Program-made: the position numbers and the translations under genes
The notes under the pieces: generated by a model
Seen by the model: the letters and a program-made list of their open reading frames with translations, nothing else
What the model was told of the DNA's origin: nothing
The model's database searches: none
Part shown: in pieces, positions 57,880 through 64,000 of the stretch
Layout of the letters: each line of letters starts with the position of its first letter
Numbering within the stretch: the first letter of the stretch is position 1
DNA from: Octopus sinensis
Lineage: Eukaryota
Reading direction: 5' to 3'
Length of the DNA stretch: 64,000 bases
Assembly: GCF_006345805.1 (NCBI RefSeq)
Contig: NC_042997.1
Span: 28,520,001 to 28,584,000 of the forward strand

Positions 57880-57938
57880 TTATGTGAAATAGAAAGATGA
57901 ATAATCTTGTAGTAGATTAATCAACAGTTTAACCGATA
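57880..57938 (-). repeat. 3' copy of the PLE terminal (pLTR-type) repeat
   Basis: 59 bp identical to 61519-61577. Confidence 0.95.
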
Positions 57939-58091
57939 CCTTAGTAGCAAAAATCACAGCAGTAAACAGCACGGTTGGAGGTACAACCATCTGGCGTTGC
58001 AACCGTGCGTTGGTGCGGATAATTGAAATTAAAACATTATTGGTGAATTGAAGAAATGGAGCTGAACGCAGATTGAACAGGAATCGTTTTA

Positions 58092-58180
58092 TTTCATTCT
58101 ACACGTGTTTCGAAAGGCACAAATTACCAAAATCCGATTGAATAATGGGACCATATTGTGTCTTTCTCTTCAGGAAGAAA
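58092..58180 (-). ncRNA. Canonical type I hammerhead ribozyme in the PLE 3' region; predicted cleavage between 58100 and 58099
   Basis: TTTCTTC-CTGAAGA-GAAAGACAC-(37 nt)-GTGCCTTTC-GAAA-CACGTG-TA-GAATGAAA: intact core, stem I of 7 bp with one bulge, stem II of 8 bp with one mismatch, palindromic stem III. Confidence 0.88.
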
Positions 58181-58786
58181 AAAGGAAATCCGTTGGAAAA
58201 ACAAAAACAGAACAGAGGCGGAGCAAAAAACAAATCGAACTGTGCTCCTAAGAGCCCATGGCGAAACTGTTTATCAGTGTATGTTGAGAACCGGTGGCTG
58301 AAGAATTCAACGGGTCAGTCATCATTCAATCATGTGGGTGAGGGTGTATAGATGTTCTTTGTGACCGAGAATAAAGATCTGACTATTTAAAGAATATTGG
58401 ATGTTTTATAAGTGGCGAGAAAAAATCTACTTAGAGACGTGTGTGTGTGTATACTGTTCTATATATGTGTGTGTTGGCATAGGGGTAGAAAACATTTTTT
58501 GTGTACGTGTGTGCGTTTGATCGTTCGGCTGTCAGTGGCTACTGCCGTGATAACCGTTGGGTGGCAGAAAGAAAAAAATAAAAAAATTATATATATATAT
58601 TATGTTTTATGTGTGTGTGTGTTCATCTAAGCCTACCTTGTCAAGGAAAACCCCCCGCTGTGAAAAAACCAAGCCCCGTTTGTCTTACATGAGTAATTCC
58701 CCTTGCAGTGGTCAATCGTAGATATCTTAAAGGCTATTTAAGAATTTGTTACCAAGGGCTATGGGTGCCGGTATTATTTATAAACG

Positions 58787-59779
58787 CTATTTAAAGGCCA
58801 GATAAGTGTAACGCCGCCAATGGGGGCATCGAAAAGCCGACTGTAAGAGCCCGTTTACCATCCGGCCTCTGGCAAACAAAATATGGAAGAGTTCGGAGAC
58901 ACAAAGGTTGCACTGTCTTCTGCCCCTATCAAATGGGAGGGCCACCGACAAAATTGACCATTCCAGCCTATAGCTTAAGTTCGCATCCTTCAGTCGCCAT
59001 ATTAGCTTACTGAGTCCCGTGGTCTGGCGCTTGTTCACGTCCCGAAAAGTTGCGTAATGGTTGGAGACACGCAAAGACAATCTTGAGGATGATGCCCCTA
59101 CATAAGTGAAGGCATCTGAGTCCGTGTAAACCTTGCATTGGTAGACGGCGTTTTTGATCTTGGAGTTCGCCGACGTGAATCTTAATCTGCTAGGATTGGT
59201 TTCTGAAATTAGAACTGCGTTCCTGTCACTATATTCGTTCCGAGACCTGCAGCCGCTTACTACTCTATTTTCCACTACGTCACTATTAACTATAGGAATA
59301 ACCCCTGATTCTCCACTATCTATCAGAGTGATGTCATTGCTACTGCCCGTGGTACTGCTATTGCGGGAAATGATGCTGGGGATGCTAATGGGGCTCTCTA
59401 CCCTACTCCCATTGTTACCGTCAACCACAACACCCCTATTTATAACTATACCCCTAGTGGGTACTCCCTGGCTGGAGCTGAGATTATGTGTCACTGTACT
59501 GGCTCTCATATCATTATTACTACTATAATTATTCCTACTGAGCATTAAACCGGGAGCGGAAGAGGCTGTGCCTCCGGAAAAAGGTGATAGGGTCTTAGTA
59601 AGTAGCCTATTATTATGGGAGGCGATTATCTGGGCGAGGTTTTTAGTGTTGGAGAAAGCTATCCTAACTTTATGTGAGTTAACCGTGGAGTAATATTTGG
59701 AATTTCTGGGGAAGTTATTGGCGATGGCTTGTCTAAACATGAGGGGGAGGTTAGTTCTAATCTGCTTACCAAGGGGATT
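58787..59779 (-). CDS. C-terminal part of the PLE polyprotein: thumb extension, long Ser/Asn/Gly linker and GIY-YIG endonuclease
   Basis: NP..KQIRTNL..MF...NFP, RIAFSNTKNLAQIIASHN, then AVYQC...TYVGAS, RVSNH, LSKLIWRLK, CNLCVSE and CPH (CCHH set). The TTG start at 59863 in the track is probably not real. Confidence 0.9.
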   Translation of the reverse strand, partial: NPLGKQIRTNLPLMFRQAIANNFPRNSKYYSTVNSHKVRIAFSNTKNLAQIIASHNNRLLTKTLSPFSGGTASSAPGLMLSRNNYSSNNDMRASTVTHNLSSSQGVPTRGIVINRGVVVDGNNGSRVESPISIPSIISRNSSTTGSSNDITLIDSGESGVIPIVNSDVVENRVVSGCRSRNEYSDRNAVLISETNPSRLRFTSANSKIKNAVYQCKVYTDSDAFTYVGASSSRLSLRVSNHYATFRDVNKRQTTGLSKLIWRLKDANLSYRLEWSILSVALPFDRGRRQCNLCVSELFHILFARGRMVNGLLQSAFRCPHWRRYTYLAFK

Positions 59780-61481
59780 ACAACCATATATGCTTATTCC
59801 TATCAGTGTGATGGGTCGGGACGCCCGCTCTCGCATTCGGGTGGGTGATTCTCGGATGAACAACGGGTCTTGGGTTAGTGTAAGACCTCCCGGATCGATA
59901 ATTATCCTTGTTCGCTAAATTAAATGCGGGAGCGACTACCCCGGCATCCGCCGCGCTCCCGTCCTTACTTAAAATGTTAATGTTATTATATACGGCCCTA
60001 TCCTGATGACCGAATGATGGCATCGGAAGGGCCGGATCAATATAAATTACCTTCTGCCTATAACCGGCCTTGGATAGTGCGGCGTTATAGAATTCCGCTT
60101 TCTGCATAAAAATATCGGCACTGGCGGACAAGCCAGACAATCTTAGAGAGATGTTTTTAACCAAATTGTCTGTTACGGTTTTGGCATGATTTGAGAAGAC
60201 ACTGACATACTTCAAATTAGTGGAAGGCTTATGGTAAGGGCAGTATGAGTCGCTATTAAGGTTAAGTGTAACGTCTAGGAAATTAGCCTTGGTGAGTTCA
60301 TTATCAAAAACTATACTCATGCCCATTCTATTAAAAAACCTAGCTAACCTGCTCTTAGTTTTCTGCACTATTCTGTTCGTGGTGTTTTGCAGGTAAAACA
60401 GACAATCGTCACGATACAGGCCGCCCGCGATCTCCGGGAATTGATCGGACAATTCGTAGAGAATATATATTCCGACCAAATCGGCTATCTGCGCACTATC
60501 CGAACTACCCATAGGCACATCAAATTCATTGGGAGTATCTTTACGGATCCACAACTTATTATCAAACTTAATAAACGATTTCCTGGCAACTAAAATGATA
60601 TCTATCTCTTCTCTGGTGAGGCCAGCCTTGTTGTGAGCATGCCAGAGGGCCTTATTTAGCACACTAGGGTTAATCGAGGGGTAGAAGCTGGCGATATCAA
60701 ACTGAATGAACCTAGTACGGTTCTTATTGGGGATGGAAGAGAACCACTTCACTACCTGCGAGGAGTTGGCCCAGAGGCTGAGCTTCAGCTTGTTTACTAA
60801 ACTAGGGATATATTTATCTAAAATGTACTTACTGATTATCCCGATATCAGATCTAGCAGGGCATATGAGTCTTAGCGCTGGGTTGGTGTGGAAGTTAGGT
60901 TTATGGTCCTTCACTATAAATCTGGGTTGCTTGGGGCTAAGCGGCTGAGTTCTCATTTGAATTCGGTGTTTAAATATTATATCCTTAATTTCCAAGTTTA
61001 CCTTCCTCAGGGTACTCCAATTGGTTTTTCTATAATTTTTCTTGATCTCTTTACCGAGTAAATCTAGGTACTGCTTAATGGGCATCTTGTATGTGTTCCT
61101 GGTCTTGTCGGACTGGACCAGGACTCCGTCCGTTCTATTAATGTCCTTGGTAATTTTATCTAGGTATCTGAGGTGGGCATTTCTCCTGGGTGACTTCCTG
61201 AACTTAATCTTTCTAACTATGTCCCACAAGTCGTCCTCAAACTTCTTCAGTCTTGGGTTCGGTGGCGGCGTATCCAATGTTTTAAAAAGCCGGCCGTATT
61301 CGGACGATGCTGTTGTCCGGTTCGATTTTAGATCTTCGTTCTCGTGGAAGAAAATGAGCCATCTTATCCGGTTTATGAATGCGTTGGTTTTACAAACCAA
61401 CTCCTTAAGGAAGGCATCCTTTGGTGGTATAGGAATATCCTTAAGGGACGCATCAATCTCGAACAACTCCATTATTGGCAT
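59778..61481 (-). CDS. PLE reverse transcriptase (567 aa, ends at a +1 frameshift)
   Basis: Motifs SDKTRN, KDHKP, LRLICP, FIQFDIASFYPSI, DVPMGSSDSA, LYRDD, NFLDVTLNL and PYHKP. Confidence 0.92.
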   Translation of the reverse strand: MPIMELFEIDASLKDIPIPPKDAFLKELVCKTNAFINRIRWLIFFHENEDLKSNRTTASSEYGRLFKTLDTPPPNPRLKKFEDDLWDIVRKIKFRKSPRRNAHLRYLDKITKDINRTDGVLVQSDKTRNTYKMPIKQYLDLLGKEIKKNYRKTNWSTLRKVNLEIKDIIFKHRIQMRTQPLSPKQPRFIVKDHKPNFHTNPALRLICPARSDIGIISKYILDKYIPSLVNKLKLSLWANSSQVVKWFSSIPNKNRTRFIQFDIASFYPSINPSVLNKALWHAHNKAGLTREEIDIILVARKSFIKFDNKLWIRKDTPNEFDVPMGSSDSAQIADLVGIYILYELSDQFPEIAGGLYRDDCLFYLQNTTNRIVQKTKSRLARFFNRMGMSIVFDNELTKANFLDVTLNLNSDSYCPYHKPSTNLKYVSVFSNHAKTVTDNLVKNISLRLSGLSASADIFMQKAEFYNAALSKAGYRQKVIYIDPALPMPSFGHQDRAVYNNINILSKDGSAADAGVVAPAFNLANKDNYRSGRSYTNPRPVVHPRITHPNARAGVPTHHTDRNKHIWL

Positions 61482-61518
61482 CGGTTAAAGTAGCAGTTTC
61501 TTGACGAAGCGGTATGTA

Positions 61519-61577
61519 TTATGTGAAATAGAAAGATGAATAATCTTGTAGTAGATTAATCAACAGTTTAACCGATA
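61519..61577 (-). repeat. 5' copy of the PLE terminal (pLTR-type) repeat
   Basis: ttatgtgaaatagaaagatgaataatcttgtagtagattaatcaacagtttaaccgata, identical to 57880-57938. Confidence 0.95.
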
Positions 61578-61594
61578 TATATATATGTATGTAT

Positions 61595-61850
61595 ATATTC
61601 TATAATTATAAACATAATTATAATTAGAGTTCAGCTAATTACTTCACTACATACCGAACTTAGAAGTAGGAGTTAAACATTCTTTTTCTACTACTGTAAG
61701 AATCTCCGCGACAGTAACACGCTCGTTTTACTGTTGTGTAGATTCTTACATTAATAGTAAAGTAATGTTTAACTCCCGTTTCTAAATTCGGTATGTGGTG
61801 AAGCAATTACCCGACCCCTAATTATAATTATGTTTATAATTGTAGAATAT
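61595..61850. mobile_element. Foldback element (imperfect arms of about 120 bp, spacer of about 10 nt)
   Basis: atattctataattataaacataattataattag...catacc gaacttagaag..ggagttaaacatt...gtaagaatct...acagtaa mirrors ttactgt...agattcttac...aatgtttaactcc...ttcggtatg...taattataattatgtttataattgtagaatat. Confidence 0.8.
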
Positions 61851-62037
61851 TTGTATAATTTTACATATAAAATTTATTTTAACCTACGAATCTACTTGGT
61901 AAAATTATTAATTAATTGATTGATTAATTAATTAATTAATGTTACCGTCATTAATTATATAAATATACACACATTGAGTGTGTGTGTGTGTGTATGTGTG
62001 TGTTTTGTGCGTGTGTGTGTGTGTATTTATGAATATA

Positions 62038-62412
62038 CAGGTTGGGCGAAAATAAATTGTCATTAAAAATTGGTTATAACATGTATATTACAAACTTACA
62101 AATTTATTGAACCCAATGCTGCATGTTCTTTATTACATGGGGAAAAGAATGTAAAACTTCACATTTCAACGTAAGCACCGGTAGCGTCAGCCAGTTTCCG
62201 CAAACGGCCAGGAATGGAATGAAAGACCTTCTGAAGCACGTCGTCATTAAGTACCTAATGAATCTGTACATTATTTACATTTGATTGGTATTTGTCCTCA
62301 ACTTGTTTGTTGTTAGCATAACCTTCGGCTGATATACTCTCCTGCCTTCATCAGGTGTCTTGGGGAAATTTCGAATTTGGGTACTCATTCTCATTTTTCG
62401 ATGTTGTTGTTG

Positions 62413-62482
<70 letters not shown>

Positions 62483-62780
62483 CCAGGTCACTGACTGAAA
62501 TCGAACTCCTCATAATTCCTCATTTCTTAAATATAGAACTCATGAATCTGTGTCTCCAACTGCTCTGATGTCTTGTACACCTCCTCTTTTGTGTAATCCC
62601 ACAGGCAAAAATCACATGGAGTGAGATCTGACCTTCTTGGTGTTCTGGACTTCTGACTTCTGATATAGGAAATGCAATGTGCAATACCATGTCTTGTGCG
62701 AGCGGAATATTCTAATGTGAAATACATTAGATCAAGTGCTGAAATAATTCTGTCTACGCAATATTCCAATACCGAACATT
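62038..62780 (-). pseudogene. Mariner/Tc1 transposon relic, interrupted by the 62268-62541 insert
   Basis: PRRSDLTPCDFCLWDYTKEEVYK resembles WPPRSPDLTP.DF.LWG..K..VY. A TA/cagg terminus lies at 62036-62041. Confidence 0.7.
62268..62541 (-). mobile_element. SINE-like element: B-box, (AAT)/(AAC)n and a decayed hammerhead, flanked by a 10-bp TSD
   Basis: Minus strand GAGTTCGATTTC (62497-62508), then a microsatellite, then ACAC-CTGATGA-A-GGCAG-(10 nt)-CAGCC-GAAG-G-TT. ATGAATCTGT lies at 62258-62267 and 62542-62551. Confidence 0.65.
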
Positions 62781-63398
62781 TGGAAGTTTAATTTAAATAA
62801 AACTCAATCAGTGAGCTTATTGACAGTGACAGTATTAAGAATATACGTTTCTATTCATAATATAACATCAGCAGTCTCTCTATATATATATAAATTCCTC
62901 GATGCCGGAAACCATATGCATATACAATATCGAAAAGTAAATCAAATTACTCATAAGCAATTTATTGCAATATATTCGTATTTCATGAATATGATCAAAC
63001 GTAGAACATTTGGAAATTATTATACATTTCTTTTCAAAAATAAATGTTATTAGCCAGAAAACATTTCATTATAATACAAAAATCTATAAACTGTACCTCA
63101 TGACATATTTCATATTGGATCTACAATTATTGCCTTGATTCGTTTACAGTTCAGAAAATGAAACACACACATCACCGTCTGTACACCAATGAACGAAACT
63201 AATTTTCTCGGCTGATAATTCATATAATATAATGCAATATAGTTATAATATATATGTGTGCGTCTGTGTGTGTGTGTATAAAAACAAAAAAAATATGTAG
63301 CTATTTCTTGTTTACTCACATGAAAATATTATTTACCATGACGTGCCCACTCGGTACTAAATAAGTAATTAGCCTCATCTCCCAAAAAGTCCACAATA

Positions 63399-63697
63399 TC
63401 TTTATATATAAAAGTGAAGTTGTGTGTCTGTCTCCTACGATTTAGATTCCTAACTACTCCCACATTTTGCGGTGCAGTTTAACCAAAACCGGGTATCTTA
63501 TAGTCGTGATTAATATCGAGCCCTTCTGGGTATTAGCGCGCGTCTACGATGAGTCTACGATTTAAAAATAAATTAATCATCATTTTTTCCCATTTTTAAT
63601 GCATTTTTTTGCTATTATATAAGGGAAGTAATTCTCTAAAAATGCTTATATAGTTATTTCCCTTACAAACCCGAGCAACGCCGGTCGATACTGCTAG
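63399..63697 (+). mobile_element. Non-autonomous Helitron
   Basis: 5' TC start (a|tctttatatataaaag), subterminal GC hairpin cccgagcaacgccgg, 3' CTAG, inserted between A and T with no TSD. Confidence 0.8.
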
Positions 63698-64000
63698 TAT
63701 ACAATAAAAAATTCACAATACAAGAAAATTTGGATCTTTACCTTTTGACCGGCAGATTTAGAAAATCATATTTTATAACTAAACACTTTCAAACTTCGTA
63801 TATTGGTAGAATGTGTCATATAAAATATCTTTTACACTTAGAGTTTCTGTGAAAAGGTTTGTTTACGAAGTTATTTCATGTTCAAGTTCTCGTATTTCGG
63901 TAATTTCAACCAATCAATGGCGTTTATTCGGCTGAATAAAATTACTGCCGTTGTTTGTCAATAGCAACTATCGGCGGTGTATATTCCGTTTGTCACTGTT

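Larger units (their letters stand above)
57880..61577 (-). mobile_element. Near-intact Penelope-like retroelement (C-terminal EN, Hydra-clade-like)
   Basis: RT plus GIY-YIG coding region, a 59-bp identical terminal direct repeat, a sense hammerhead in the 3' region, and (TA)n on both flanks. Confidence 0.93.

Noticed and set aside
58787-61481. Selenoprotein (Naiad-type) PLE
   Set aside because: No in-frame TGA, and the endonuclease is C-terminal, not N-terminal.
59154-61488. Plus-strand ORFs at 59154, 59697, 60387, 60706 and 61042
   Set aside because: Antisense shadows of the PLE ORF with no motifs of their own.
61495-61535. Plus-strand TTTC-TTGACGA-AGCG...GAAA-TA-GAAA at the PLE 5' end
   Set aside because: No stem II or III pairing, and it is antisense to the element.

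Overview
This is AT-rich eukaryotic non-coding DNA saturated with microsatellites ((TA)n, (CA)n, (TATC)n, (AAT)n). The tRNA-derived SINE families point to a cephalopod, probably Octopus (inference). I found no host protein-coding exon, and nearly all short ORFs in the track are microsatellite or antisense artefacts. The main feature is a near-intact Penelope-like element (PLE) on the minus strand at 57880-61577. It has a YRDD reverse transcriptase and a C-terminal GIY-YIG endonuclease, resembles the Hydra clade, and is split by a single 1-nt frameshift. It carries an identical 59-bp terminal repeat and a canonical sense-strand hammerhead ribozyme with an unusually large stem II, and it is inserted in (TA)n. 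Two decayed relatives lie at 5800-7030 and 29760-31005, the second with an inversion. Eight further hammerhead or hammerhead-like motifs sit in short non-coding elements, mostly within or beside microsatellites. They include a U3-A8 compensated core, a four-copy family with U at position 6, and a SINE-like element with a B-box and a decayed hammerhead. The rest of the window consists of R4/Dong-type LINE relics with (AAT)n tails, SINEs, Tc1/mariner relics, several MITEs and foldbacks, and a non-autonomous Helitron. All calls come from reading and hand-translating the sequence; no database search or folding program was run.
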